Origin: Callorhinchus milii
Lineage: Eukaryota
DNA length: 64,000 nt
Direction: 5' to 3'
NCBI RefSeq assembly: GCF_018977255.1
Contig: NW_024704742.1
Coordinates: 2,668,001-2,732,000 of the forward strand
Position numbers and translations under genes: made by a program. This document shows, one piece after another, positions 1-12,500 of this stretch (within the stretch, counting starts at the first letter, position 1; every line of letters starts with the position of its first letter). Below the pieces are notes generated by a model. That model was not told the origin of the DNA, did no database searches, and saw nothing but the letters and a program-made list of their open reading frames with translations.

Positions 1-599
1 AGAACAGCCCGTTAATGTGTAAATTAATGAGCGAGGGTACTTTACTTCTATATTTATTCTATTCTTCAATTTAATTAGCTGCAGGACCATTTAAAAAGTA
101 CCAAAGTACCTTCCTCATCCATTTGGATGTCAACCTGAGAGGAGGAGATCAGTAATTCTTCTGCAAATTACACCATGGCCTTCACCAGAAAAGATGTGCT
201 CAAATTTGATGAGTTTCTTTCAATGAAACCATATTTTACAGCCTAATGAAAATCAAAACCCTCACCGTGACCTTGAAGTGGCTAAACATAACATTCTAAT
301 GCAAGAAAGATTTGGGTGATTTAAGATTATTAACTCGCATTATTTATTTCCTCCCGCATCTGTTTTTTGGCTAACAGGCTTTTAATCCGGTGATAAATGG
401 GGAATTCTTACCTGACTAACAGAAAGGTCACTAAGTAGTGGACAATTTATATTGTTTATAATTCAGTGGTTTTGGGATCCCAGTGCAGTAATCAATTCTC
501 CAAGTGGGAAGACAATGGGGGATGAAGGATATTCGTTAGTGATCTGATTTTATCTGAAGAGCAAACCACACAATTGCGTTCATTTAAAGTAAATACAGC

Positions 600-1209
600 T
601 CCCGTCAATGTAACCTCACCCCAGGCTCTAGTCGTATCAACCTCCTCAGTTACTCGAGCAACCCATGGAGCCTGTGCAGAACCTCCACCTTTTGTTCGAC
701 CCTCAACTCTCCTCCGGGTAATTCAATTGACCAAATCCGCTTTCCTCCATAACCCACCTCCCCCCAGTGCTTTACCATGCAATTGGCCAAACGCTCATCC
801 GTACAGTTGTCATCACTGCTCACCAGCCTCCCCAGCTCTGCCATCCACAAACACCAGACAGTCCACGTCCTTTCCCACACTCGGCTCCTCAAGTGCATCA
901 CCTCATTCCAATGTTTTTCCTGTTGTCCTGCAGATCAACTTTAAGACCCTAGTCCTCACTTCCTTGACCTTGCTTTATTCTACCTTGATGATCACTTGCA
1001 ACCCCACTCTTCCCCCTCCACCCCCGTCAGTCACTCTGTTTGCCCCGCCAACTGTGGCTTGCCTCATGTTCCTTGCCCTCTGTCCCACCATTGGCGGGTG
1101 AGCTTTCAACCAATTTTTCCACCCTCTCTGGAACTCTCTTGCTTCCATTTTCCCTCCCTGTATATCAAAAGCTGTCTCAAGATCGTCTCTATGACTGCGT
1201 CTTTAGCTA

Positions 1210-1258
<49 letters not shown>

Positions 1259-1345
1259 AGCTCAGGCTCCCACTCAGGCTTTGTGAAGTGTTTTCTGCCG
1301 TTCTCCTTGCATGAAAAGCGTTATATAAATGCAAATTGGTGTTGC
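600..1345 (+). mobile_element. Decayed L2-clade LINE 3' fragment
   Basis: Degenerate L2 ORF2 C-terminal traces (KSAF, QTLI, INFKTLVLT, PTIGG.AF, LWNSL) ending in the gaaaagcgttatataaatgcaaattggtgttg tail. Confidence 0.7.
1213..1258. repeat. (CT)n microsatellite
   Basis: Direct observation; lies inside the L2 3' UTR. Confidence 0.95.
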
Positions 1346-1734
1346 CAAAGATATTTATTTTTTTGATATACTAGTAAGTGGGTTTGAGCATTTGAAAAGC
1401 CATCTACATCATGTTTCAAGCTTTGCATTCAGCCCTGAAAAAAAATCAATGATATTTTTTGAGGAAATAGGTTTAGCTTTACAAAGAGCTGTGATTTCAC
1501 AAGTGCGTCTGCACCGTGTATTTGTAAGTGCTTCTTGCTGTGGGCATTACAATGTACTTAAAGTTAGCTGAAATGTGTGTAAGAAGTGTTGAATAGGTGA
1601 ACACAAAGATGAACGATACAGCGGTAATAAAGATTGCCACTCCAGTACAATTCACATTATTTCTTGCTTTTATACAGTAATAAATAATCAGGAGATGGGA
1701 TTGGGATGTGGAGGAGAAAGGGCCTGGAGGCTGT

Positions 1735-1903
1735 ATAATAATAATAATCCTTCCTTTTGATATAGCGCCTTATCATGGTCTTTGAGACGTCTCAAAGCGC
1801 TTCACAGAATCTACTGTAAAGTGTAGTGACTGCATTTTGTGGGCGAAACCCGGCAGCCAACTCGCACACAGCAGTGTCCCACAAACGGTGATGGATTGAG
1901 TGA
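1735..1903 (-). mobile_element. 5'-truncated tRNA-SINE (3' half with L2-type tail)
   Basis: ataataatcc...tatagcgccttatca...ctcaaagcgcttcacag...cccacaaac, matching the other copies in the window. Confidence 0.85.
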
Positions 1904-1914
1904 TATGAAATCCG

Positions 1915-2070
1915 GGGAGAATAAAGATTAGGGATGTGGGGAAAAAAGCTGGGATAATGGATGAGGGATAGGACCTAGGATAGGCACTTGTGTAGAGTGT
2001 AAAGTAATAGGCACTTGTGTCGAGTGTGAAGTTACACTGGATGGGTCAAATGGTCTGTTTCTGTTTACAT
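1915..2070 (+). mobile_element. CR1 LINE 3' UTR remnant containing a 27-bp tandem duplication (1980-2006/2007-2033)
   Basis: gattagggatgtgggg...atgggtcaaatggtctgtttctgt resembles the CR1 tails elsewhere in the window; the duplication is seen directly. Confidence 0.55.
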
Positions 2071-4886
2071 TGCTCAAAAAGCCACAGAATCGGGGACCTC
2101 ACTTTACCCTTTAAGCTCCTGGGAATATCCTGCAATGGGGATCTCCCTGACAATGAATAGGAAATCAAACAACATCTCCAGAATATTCATCCTCCTCTCC
2201 GGCTCTAATATTCAGCTTTGGTTGCTACCCCACACAGACAACATCCCCTGAGCCCTGAACCTCAGCAGCTCATTGGGTTCATTCAGATCTGCACCAATAC
2301 TAATGTAATGCTCTGCTGCTATAAAGCATATACCTATCCAGTCATTTGGTTTGCCCAGAGTTGACTGCTTTTGCCGTGAGCCTGTTCCACATATTCACAG
2401 AGTCAGCAACCACACAGCTTTCGCAGTAAATCTGTCCAAAGTGCCTTAAAGCCTCAGTCTGAAATAGGCCCCATTACTTTGAACTTAGTGTGGAAATTGA
2501 TACACAATTAGGGAGCTAAGTAATAAAGTGGTGCAGGACTGTCCTCAAAGCATGCCTAACAGAGTATCTGGAGACGCCAGATGAATGGATTGATCCTGAG
2601 AAATCTACTGTATTAAATTAGCTGTCACACAAAGGCTGAGCTCCCAGTGAGTCCACCAGTGTCTCGCAGCATTTGTGTTACAATTTGTTCAGCAGTGTTT
2701 GGGGAACAATCTTCTGCAGCCCAGGGGTAGCTTACTCGAAGCAAATCACTTCAGCCTAACGGCTGTGAAAGCATAAACTGAAATGAGTTCCACTGGGTCA
2801 TAGCCAATTGCCCCTGTGGCCGTTGGTCTACATCAGGAGACGTTTTCTAATTCGGCAACTCAGGCTGAAGGGCCAGTTAAGTGTGCCGGGCGCGGGTAAT
2901 GTCTGCCGCAGTTGCCAGTGATTTGTAGCCGTGCTCGACTGTGCATTACGGCAAGGGCTCCGAGACTTCCACCAGGTTTCCGCCACACCGCGGTCATTGC
3001 CATGAGCCCTTCATCACGATGAGTATGTTCTATCTTTCTGGGAATCTTTTTATTTCCTAATTCGGTGGCCCTTTTTTCCCCCATCGGGTTACGCTTGCGT
3101 GGCAATAAGAATGACCCTTGCATTGTGACATGGCGCCTTTCCTTTCGGGAGGATGCCTCGAAGCAACTTTGCAGGACTTTACTGTAAAGTGTCGTCACCG
3201 TATGCTTTACAGGCGCGTGGGGGAGGGAGGCCCCCCTTTGTTTTGTGATGAAAACATCTCAAACCTGCCCGCACAGCCCATCGATGTACTATGCTGATCC
3301 GTACAGACTTCCCCTGTTTAAACAGTGGGACAAGGCCCTCAGAAACACGGAGGGCGAGGACTCTTCCCGCTCAGCTTCTGTTAACCCTCAAGTCAAAGCC
3401 CTAGCGGGTCGGGCGATCCTACCTGGACAAGCAGACGGATAGGTCGCAGGTCAATGCGCATGGGGTGTTTTATTGAACGCTAAAACGTTGGTGTCGTGTC
3501 AGAGATGTTTAACTTCACGTGATACCCACATGAACAAAATAGCACTGACCCTGCAAAAAAAAAATATCTCCGTTAGATTTTCTAGCCGTCAATGATCGAG
3601 GAATCCCGGCTGATTTCCGTCCATTCCCTCTTGAGATTTCAGCGACGGCTTTTCAATATTGTATTATAATGAGTTCCCCTCAGGCCCATTGGTCTGGAGG
3701 AAGAATTGGCCTTGGAGTTCCCAGAGGTTTCGGTGCTTGTCCCAGGGATAATTGGTGTCACGTGTACATTAGCTGTCTTCTCGGGGCTGCCGCCTGGCTG
3801 TTTGTTAACTGGCTCTGGCTGGGTTTTGTACAGCCTTGAAAACAATTTATGTGCTGTATTTTTTTTTCAAGCTGGAGCAAATCACCAGTTAATCACCAGT
3901 GATCATGTTTTTAATTCAAATGAGCGGATTTGAATAACAATAATAATCCTTTCATTTGATACAGCGCCTTATCGCGTCGTTGAGACCTCTCAAAGCGCTG
4001 ACTGTATATTTTGAATATACATATACACACGTACATATATAGTATATGTATAATATGTAAAATGTGTGTACCTATATATATATATAGTTGAATGCAATCA
4101 GGAATTACGGTACCGGCAGCTAACATTGTTTCTATTCAAGCTGCACCTTAAAAGTCCCTTGGTTTAATGTACCTTGTACGTAGTGCACTATAAGATAAGT
4201 TGGAAAGTCCTGAGAGGTGAGGCGTTACATCAAATGCAAGGATTATTGTCATTATTGCGTGGTGTCCGAAGGCCGCAGTGGGTTTAGTGAGGAGGCTCCT
4301 TTCGAGTCGGTGGCTGTTTTTTTTTTCACGTCTCGGACAGTTCTTGTTTTTGCACCTTGGAACTGACAGCAACCGTTTTGTTTTACCTCTCTGGGACGGC
4401 AACCCTACAGTCCTCTGAGACAACCAATACACGACCCGAGGGCTGCCTTACCAATTCAGATCAGTAAACTAGCACAAACCTGGGACCACGCAACAGCACC
4501 TTGTGATTTATATGGGTCTAAACTGCATTAATATCTCATGTAACATACTGAGACATTACCCCATGTGAAGGACCCTATATAAATGCAAGTTGTTGTTGTT
4601 ATATACCTGGGACTAAACTAAACATATGGGACCCTTTGTTCCCTGCGTGAATCCACGTTATACTTATATCTCGTGTATCCACTCGACAGAAGGCGTCATT
4701 TCTCTTCTGCCCCCGCCTGAAAGTAACGGGCAATCGTCCCACAAACTGACCACCGCCAGTCATAACACAATCATCCTCGCATTTGTCATAGTCAAAGCGA
4801 TGCAACTTAGAAATACTGTTGGAAGATTGTATTTGGGTTACGACAGAGAAAGCCTGACTGCGGATTTTCTTTTGGGTGTTTTTCAG

Positions 4887-5002
4887 CTTGAGGCGCAGAG
4901 CACGAGGAAGTACAAGGGCGTGCAATTCGGCAAATCAACATCGAAACGTGAGGGCTTCAAAATCAGGCCAGGCCCTGGTCCCGGAGCGTATGATATAGAT
5001 GG
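4887..5002 (+). CDS. STPG2: STPG2-like internal exon A (LEAQSTRKYKGVQFGKSTSKREGFKIRPGPGPGAYDID-G)
   Basis: tttttcag acceptor and gg|gtcagt donor (phase 2). The KYKGVxFG...GPGPGxYD motif matches vertebrate STPG2 as I recall it. Phase joins exon B to form Gly. Confidence 0.88.
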
Positions 5003-5924
5003 GTCAGTAGAATGAGTTATTTCCGCACTTGTCAGTTGTTTTTTTGTTTTGCTTTATAATTGGAGGACATTTATTAGATGTCCTAGACGTACTCTGAAAT
5101 GCCTCTTTGGCAGCATTCGAGGAGTACATCAGTGTTAAACCTACCGTTTCGTTTTACCTTACCTGGAATTCATTTTTAAAATCCTCGTAGGGCAAATTGT
5201 ACCTTTAACCTCACTGCAGTCTCAAAGGGTTCCCGTGCCTCCTGCTGAATTGGAGGAATAGTTTCATAAGTTAACAGTGATCTGTTGACCTGTGTTGATC
5301 TGAAGGCCAATCAATCACGCGGCGTTTATTTAGTACAGAAGGCCACCTCAGTGCATCTCAGGTAGCTGTCTGAAGCACAGCTTAAAGTCCTTGATGTCTC
5401 AAATAAAATGCAGCCTCCTTTTAATGGGGAGTTCCTGTGCGGTGATTTGATGTCTGCGATATTAGCTCCCGTTAGCTGCTCCTCTCTGGATTCACTATTC
5501 CCACACGGAGGAACGGCCTTTGCATCTCTCTCGGCCCCTCTGTGAGACTATTTGTAGGCTTCCCCTCGATTTATCCCACTGTGTGAGGGCACTCCTCCAG
5601 ACGAGTGTGGCCAGTGCCGCTGGAGGCAACCACTTCTCCACAATTCCCAGGTTATCTCTTTTCCCGTTCCTCTCGAACCGCACTCGCTTCCCCCGTGGTG
5701 TCCGTACCCCGGGCACGTTGCAGTATTATATTGTTTCCATCACACAAGTTTTGTTCCATGTGTTTAACCGCTCAATATGCTGCAAGAACGTGCGCCCTGG
5801 GGAGTTCTCCGAAACTGTCATATTAGTCACTTTTGATATTTAATGTAAATAAATTACTTGGTGGATAGTCCCTCAAAGATTGTTTCTCCCTGGTGGATAA
5901 ACAGCTGTCGTGTTGTACTTTCAG

Positions 5925-6036
5925 CGAGAAGCAATTTCAGTGCGAGAATCTGAACTTGAAAAACGAGGAGCCCCCGAGATGCGAGGTTTTTATTCCGCGA
6001 TATCTTGAGTCGGTGATGGAGGAGGAAATAAAGAAG
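5925..6036 (+). CDS. STPG2: STPG2-like internal exon B (EKQFQCENLNLKNEEPPRCEVFIPRYLESVMEEEIKK)
   Basis: actttcag acceptor and aag|gtaaac donor; phases 2/0. Resembles the CENINIK...PR..E....EEKK segment of mammalian STPG2. Confidence 0.88.
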
Positions 6037-6487
6037 GTAAACGCAACTTCAGTGATCAAACCGTTAGAATATTAAAAAAAATATCTACAGGGAAGCACGG
6101 TGGCAAAATGGTGACCGTGCCCAGTGTCGCATCGCAAGGCAAGGATGTTTTGCATAGCGGCTGGGAAACATCTGGGAGAACTGGTGGTGGGATGGGGGGA
6201 GAAAGAGCGGCCAAAGAGAGGTTAGCTTTTCAAGTGGGTTGGTTAGGGCGGTGTGGGGTGGTGAGGCAGATGTTGTAATGGGGTAGAATGAGCTGCTGCG
6301 TGATATCCTAACGAGTACAGATAAGAAAAGGAGACGCTTGTGATTTCGGTATTATACACGAGCACTGAAATGGTTCAATCTGGTGGGTGGGGGGTGGGGG
6401 GGTGGGGGTGTAGCGGGGGTTGGGCGGGGGAGTCAATGTTGTACACTCACACAGTGTACAATATCTGTGTTTCTCTTTGGCAATCTT

Positions 6488-6910
6488 AGGCAAACTGCTC
6501 TTGTCTGTGAGTCAGAGGTTGTAGGTGCAGCAAGCTCCGCATTTGGGGACTTTGAACCGACATAGTCGGGGCTGACGCTCCGATGCAGTGCTTCATTGCC
6601 AGAGGTGCCGTCCTTCAGATGAGACGTTAAACCAAAGTCCGGTCCTGTCCTGCCTTTCCCGGGTGGGATGTTGAAGATCCCGTGGCATTATTCAAACAGA
6701 GAAGGGAGTTTCTCCCAGTGTCCCGGACAACGAGCTCCCAAATAAAATTGGTCATTCACTTCATGGCTGCGTGTGGAACATGATGGGACATTGCTAGCCA
6801 CAAATTTGCTGCCAAAGCACAGTCACTGCACTTCATTGTAAAATGTGGTGAGGCCCTTCGAGATGTCTCGGCAATGTGACAAGGGGCTCCATCAAATGTA
6901 AGGATTACTG
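6488..6910 (+). mobile_element. Deu-domain SINE (SacSINE1/AmnSINE1-like)
   Basis: Deu core agaggtgccgtccttcagatgagacgttaaacc...aagatcccgtggcattattc...gggagtttctcccagtgtcc, with a decayed tRNA head and an L2-type tail. Confidence 0.8.
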
Positions 6911-8150
6911 TTAGAATTGAGAAAGCAGTTATTTTACAAATCGTTTTAAGTTAACGGCCGGAAAGTTAACAGGGTTCCGAGGAGAGAAGAGAGAGAGAGT
7001 TTGAGACTTTCTTCGTTGGAACTTCTCTTTCGATAGTCAGCCGACTGCAGTATGGTAAGGTTTCAAGAGGTGGCACTCTTTGCTTAAGATCTCCGCATTA
7101 CCCTCTGCAACCGAAGCAAATAAGTCAAAATAATCAGATATTTGCAAACAAGGCAAGCAGTCGTTTTATAATTGTGTTTTCCCCATTTGAACAGGAAGGA
7201 GATGGGGCCCAACTTATAAGCCAAGTTGAGTAAAAAGTCTACAGCGTTAAAGTCGATGACGGTCTTGCGCCCGACATATAAAATGCCTTGCTGTGTTTTT
7301 GTGCACCACCCGGCTTCGCTTTGCTTTACCTGTGGTGAACTTTTGGGTTATTACTGGGAAGAATTCAAAGAAATTAGTCGGACACAATATGCCTTTGCAA
7401 AACCCATGTTGAGTGTCCCTTCTCAGTCGCATTTTTTTAAAAGAACGTTCTACAATGACGACTCTTATTATGACCTCAAGTTGACGTGGGACTTGTCGGC
7501 CTGGAGTTCCCTGGCTTGGCCCTTCTCCCTTTCTTAGGCATCAGGGTGGCATTTGCCACTCTCTTGGCCTCTTAGACAATCCCCATATCTACAGAGCTTT
7601 GGAAAATGGAGTCTGTGTTGTTTCACCACAGGGTGCGATCCATCAGGACCCAGAGTTTTATCCGCTTAAACCCTTTTATTATTATTTCCTTTTTAACTTC
7701 TACATGTGCTATCCGCTTCTCTATATTCCTTTCTAATATTCCTGCATTGCTGACGTAGCCATCCTCTGTAAACCTTACGTTGATGTTTATTAGTATACCT
7801 CTTTGTTTCATTGCAGACTAACGAACAATAGCAGGAACTATCCTCTCCAAGAGTTTCACATGCTGAGTTATGCATGAGTGACACAATATTATCCTAAATT
7901 AAAAAAAAGTCCTGCTATTACCAATTCCTTTCCTCTTGCTGATGATCATCTGGTGCTTATCGGCTTTGCATTGAGTTAATTCCAATTTTTATATTCCTGA
8001 GGAGCAATTTTTTTTTTTGTTCGTATGAAATCTAAATGCAGACTTCAAATTTTGCATAGAGTCCTAAGAAGGTATTTTTTCCTGGAGTCTGAGATTGTTT
8101 GGTTCGGGTACTTAATATTTGGAATAGGGTCTGTACTGCAATGCAATGCT

Positions 8151-8630
8151 AACTTACGTTTGTAAAGCGCCTTTCACGTCGGGAGGTTTCTGAACGGTCA
8201 GGGATCAGGACCTGGGGTGGAGGGTAGAGAAGGTAGGAGCGTAGCCAAAGGCACGGTCCAAGAGAAGGGTCTTGAGATGTGCCTTGGAGGAGGCAAGTGA
8301 GGAAGCGAGGCGAAGGTAATGTGGGATGGAGTTCCAGAGGGTAGGGGCAAAGAAAGCCCGACCGCCGATTGTGGGACGGGCCGGGGCGGCGGACGTGGAG
8401 CAGGCCGGAGCCTGCTGAGCGGAAGGAGCAGTCAGGTTGATAAAGGGTTAGCAGGTCAGAGAGGTAGGAGGGGGCAAGGCCATGGAGGGACTTGAAGGTA
8501 AGGACGAGAATTTTGAACTCGATCCTCTGAGGAATGGGGAGCCAGTGGAGCCGGGCGAGGGTGGGGGTGATGGGGGCACGGAGACTGGTGCGGGAGAGGA
8601 CACGAGCTGCAGAGTTCTGGATGTACTACA
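8151..8630 (-). mobile_element. L2-clade LINE 3' fragment
   Basis: Minus strand encodes IQNSAARVLS...PITPTLARLHWLPIPQRIEFKILVLTFKSLHGLAPSYLS, plus the L2 tail. Confidence 0.88.
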
Positions 8631-9191
8631 CATCTAGAAAGAACAAATTCCAGGTCCGAACCAATTATTGTTGACCTCAGGACCAATCTATTTCACTAAT
8701 TATTGCACAGATAGGAACAGTTTTACATTAGGCAAACAGAGTAACCATCTGCACACTGCAAAGACATACAAACAACCGTGAGGTGATTGACCATTTAATC
8801 AGGAGGATTGTGTGCCATGGTACAGGGAGTACCTGCCTTCTCTTTTTGAATAGTCATATGAGATCCTTAACACCAACCGACACTCAGTTTCCTGTCTCAT
8901 CAGAAGGTTGACATCTCTGTCAACGTGGACTGCTCCAGGACTGCCTAGATAATGACTTCAAGCCTTTGAATTGGATCTTGGCCCCAGAGTCTTGGGCGAG
9001 TCTTGACCAACTGAGCCAAACACCTTTGGTCTGTAACACTGTGTGTGGTCGGCCACGTATTTTGGAAGTCCTCAGAAACAAGATTGCAAACCTCATAACG
9101 GACTCTCAATTTGGCCTCAGCGCCTCTCGCTTGAGGAGAGGAAATCAACCTATCCATTATAGTGATCAGAAGTATTAATATTAATATACAA

Positions 9192-9366
9192 TTGGGTCAC
9201 TCAATCCACGACTGTTTGTGATGACGCTGCTGTGCACGATTGGCTGCCGCGTTTGACCCACAAAAAATATACAGTCAATTCACTTTACAGTATAGTCTGT
9301 GAAGCGCTTTGAGACGTCTCAAAGACACGATGAGGCGATATATCAATTGCAAGGATTATTATTATA
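9192..9366 (+). mobile_element. 5'-truncated tRNA-SINE
   Basis: ggtcactcaatccacgactgtttgtg...aagcgctttgagacgtctcaaagacacgatgaggcg...ggattattattat. Confidence 0.85.
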
Positions 9367-10974
9367 ATTTTTTATTGTCAGGTACAGGAGCCTCTGACCT
9401 CCATCTTGCCTTTCAGGAAGGACTTGCATTGATGTGGCCTGAATTATTATTAGGAGTTGTCGGCATAGTGTGTTGAGAGGATAGTTCAACTCCATATGAG
9501 GAATAATGCATTTCCACTGGCGAACGATATTATATAGACTGCTTCGAAGATCACAGATACTGTTCTTGCTAAAAGGAGACACTCGGTTACTCAAGACAAT
9601 ATTGTTACCTACCTGACTCTGAGTCTCAAAGGACATTAGTATTTCAACCGGAAGTACAGACTTGTGATCTAGGCTGACACTCCAGTGCGGAGTTGTCGGG
9701 GGGAGTGCCATCTTTCACATCAGATTTTATTCCTTCAGATAAGATTGGTCATTACACTTCATTGGTTGTGGGAGATTCGAGGTGCAGGTCAAGCTGCTAC
9801 GTTCGCCCTCAAACGTACAGTCGCTACACTCTCACAGTAAATCCCGTCGAGCTTTGTGACATGTTAACAACCTAATGAGGAAACCTAGTCGAATGCGAGG
9901 GTGATTATTTTAATATTAATTGCATCTGAGCAAGGCATTCCGTCGAAGGATAACCTAGCCTTAACCAAATACACGAGAGGAGGAGAACAAAACTGAATTA
10001 ATTCTGAGATTAAACAATTCCCTATGGAATTTGGATCAAAGGAATTTTTGGACTCTGAGAGGAGCAAATGCACAGCACTCCAAAAAAAAAGCTTAGCTCC
10101 TGGGCTGATTGATATTTGGTTGAATCGCTCTGTGGACTTTCAGGAAATATTCCATTCTCAAAGTGATTTGTGCCACATGGAAGGGATTTGTTTTATGGTC
10201 CAGCACAGTCTGGCGATATTATTTGGGACTTTTTATTGATTCCCGTCTAACCTCATCTTAATGGAATTTAATTCACAGGCATGGTTATCAGAGAACATTT
10301 TTTAATCATGGAAAGGGCTGGGAAGCTTAGCCACGTTATGCAAGCATCAAAGCTCCTTTGGGACCTTTGCCTTGTTCCCATCAACGGTGAATATGGGTTA
10401 GCCCAACTCTCAATTTTGGCAGCGCATAATTTCCCCTTCCTCCACGTGAAAGAGGAGACACTAGTACCAGAATCGTGCCTTATGAGACACATCATGATCA
10501 GAACAAGTGACGTTTGGACTGACTAGAAATACCAGGCCCTCTTGTGCTTCTGACTTGATGTAACACGGCACACTAGATAGGAAAAAAATAAAGGACAGTG
10601 ACCTGACTGAGGCAAAAATAGCAACCGTCCTCTTTTCCCTTCATCCCAGAATCAATTGCCTCAGCGTTTAAATAAGCACTGCTCCCAGCCTGCACTTACC
10701 CATGCGAACAAATCTAATGGACCAATGTATTTTTCCACAAGTACCGTGCAATCAAGATGTGGACAGCGAAGGTAAAATGTTCCATTTGGACTTTACTTCT
10801 CGTACAATAATACGTTGACCTACAAATCGAATGTGAATGAACGTGGCAGTACAAGACAAACATGTAATCACCGATCTAACTGCAACTTAATAAGACAATT
10901 CAGAAACGGCTTGACACCATACTGAGAAACACTCAGAAACTGTCTCTACTCCCTCTCGATCTTAACTGCGATAG

Positions 10975-11325
10975 CATAGCAGGATTATGCATTGTAAAGC
11001 GGAGTGACTGTGTTTTCGTGGGCTGGTGCGGGAGTCAATTTGAGTGCAGCCATGGAGCGAATGACCCAATTTTTTTATTTGAGGGCCAGGAGACTGGGAG
11101 AAAACCCCGCCCTTCTTTTTTAAAATAGCGCCAAGGATGTTTAACCTCCACCTAAACAGGCAGATGTTTCAGTTTAACGTTGCATCCGAAGGACGGCACC
11201 TCCGAACCACGCCGCACAACCCCAGCACTGCATTGACTATATGAGTTCCAAGTCGTTTCCTGGGCTTGAATCCACAATCTTCTAACTCAGAGGCAAATTG
11301 CTGCCAACTGAATCAGCCTGACGCT
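10975..11325 (-). mobile_element. Deu-domain SINE
   Basis: Reverse-complement Deu core (gtttaacgttgcatccgaaggacggcacctccga) and head (ttgaatccacaatcttctaactcagaggc...ccaactga). Confidence 0.78.
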
Positions 11326-12234
11326 CTTCACATTTAAGATACTAAGCTGGTTGATCTTCCCAGTACATAAATTAAAATCCTGGCTTATAAAAGACACCGG
11401 TTTACAATTTCCTTGTCCTATTTAGAAGTCGTAGCATAAGCACAAGATGTTATGGCACTTTCTTCTGTTGCTGCTTTAATCGCAGACTCAGGCTCTATAC
11501 TAACCAACGACTTTCTTGTAACTTAGAACATCCCTGCATTCTGTTCCTTTATAAATGTCCCCTACTCCTCCAAAAAAAAGTCCTTGTTTTTAAACCCTTC
11601 TGCAGTATTGTGTTTAATAATAAATACTGCCATTGTTTGCTTGTGTTTCACAAATAGGTTTGGGCAAATGCAGCAGTCCACTCAAAATTAATTCCTAGTA
11701 GACTTTGAATGCCTCTCCGCCCACCAACCCACCGTACACGCACATTTGTATAGTCTACCAGACTTTTTTTTCCTCTTTGTTGTCCATAAAGATATTTCAT
11801 ACGGTATTAAATCATCGTTCATGATATTCTCATAAACTGATTCAGGATGTGATATTAAAAAGATTAAGGCAAGCATTCCGTATCTGGTACAAGCAGACAG
11901 TGCAATAATGTAATAAATATCCAGCAGTGTGATTTACTATCAAACAATGCCTGATTATATTTCTCTTCACGTATCTTAAAATTAATATTGAGGTTTTATG
12001 CCAAATGGTACTGCAAGAGTTGAAAATGACATATTCACTGCCGGGGTTTGCCAAATTGTGACTCAGAGTTGCAAATAGGGACCCCTGGAAGTCACCAACA
12101 TGCTTTGCTTTAACGTCAGTGCTATTTATAAATAACATATAAGGCTAAATATATAAGGCTAAATAACACTGGCATTACAGACTCTGGCATTTACTTACAA
12201 CCCAGAGCAGATGATGTGACTTCAGTAACCCAAT

Positions 12235-12500
12235 AATAGTAATAATAATACAAATAATAAATCTTGCATTTGATATAATAACAGCAACATTGTCTCGTGT
12301 CTTTCACGTCAGGAGGATGTCCCATATAACGCTTTATCAGGTCATTGAGACGTCTCTCAAAGCGCTCCACAGAATATATCGTGAAGTGGAATGTCTGTGC
12401 ATTTGTGAGCGAAAAGCGGCAGCCAATTGCGCACTGCAGCGTCCCACAGACATTTGTGGATTGGGGTGATCACATTTTTTTGGGGAGGGATTATTACCCC
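12235..12500 (-). mobile_element. tRNA-SINE 3' half with extra tail pieces
   Basis: Same 3' body and tail as other copies, preceded by an additional tttcacgtcaggaggatgtccc tail piece. Confidence 0.75.

Noticed and set aside
574..1101. 175-aa Ser/Pro-rich ORF
   Set aside because: Overlaps a decayed L2 fragment; only short stretches follow the L2 ORF2 frame. Not a host gene.
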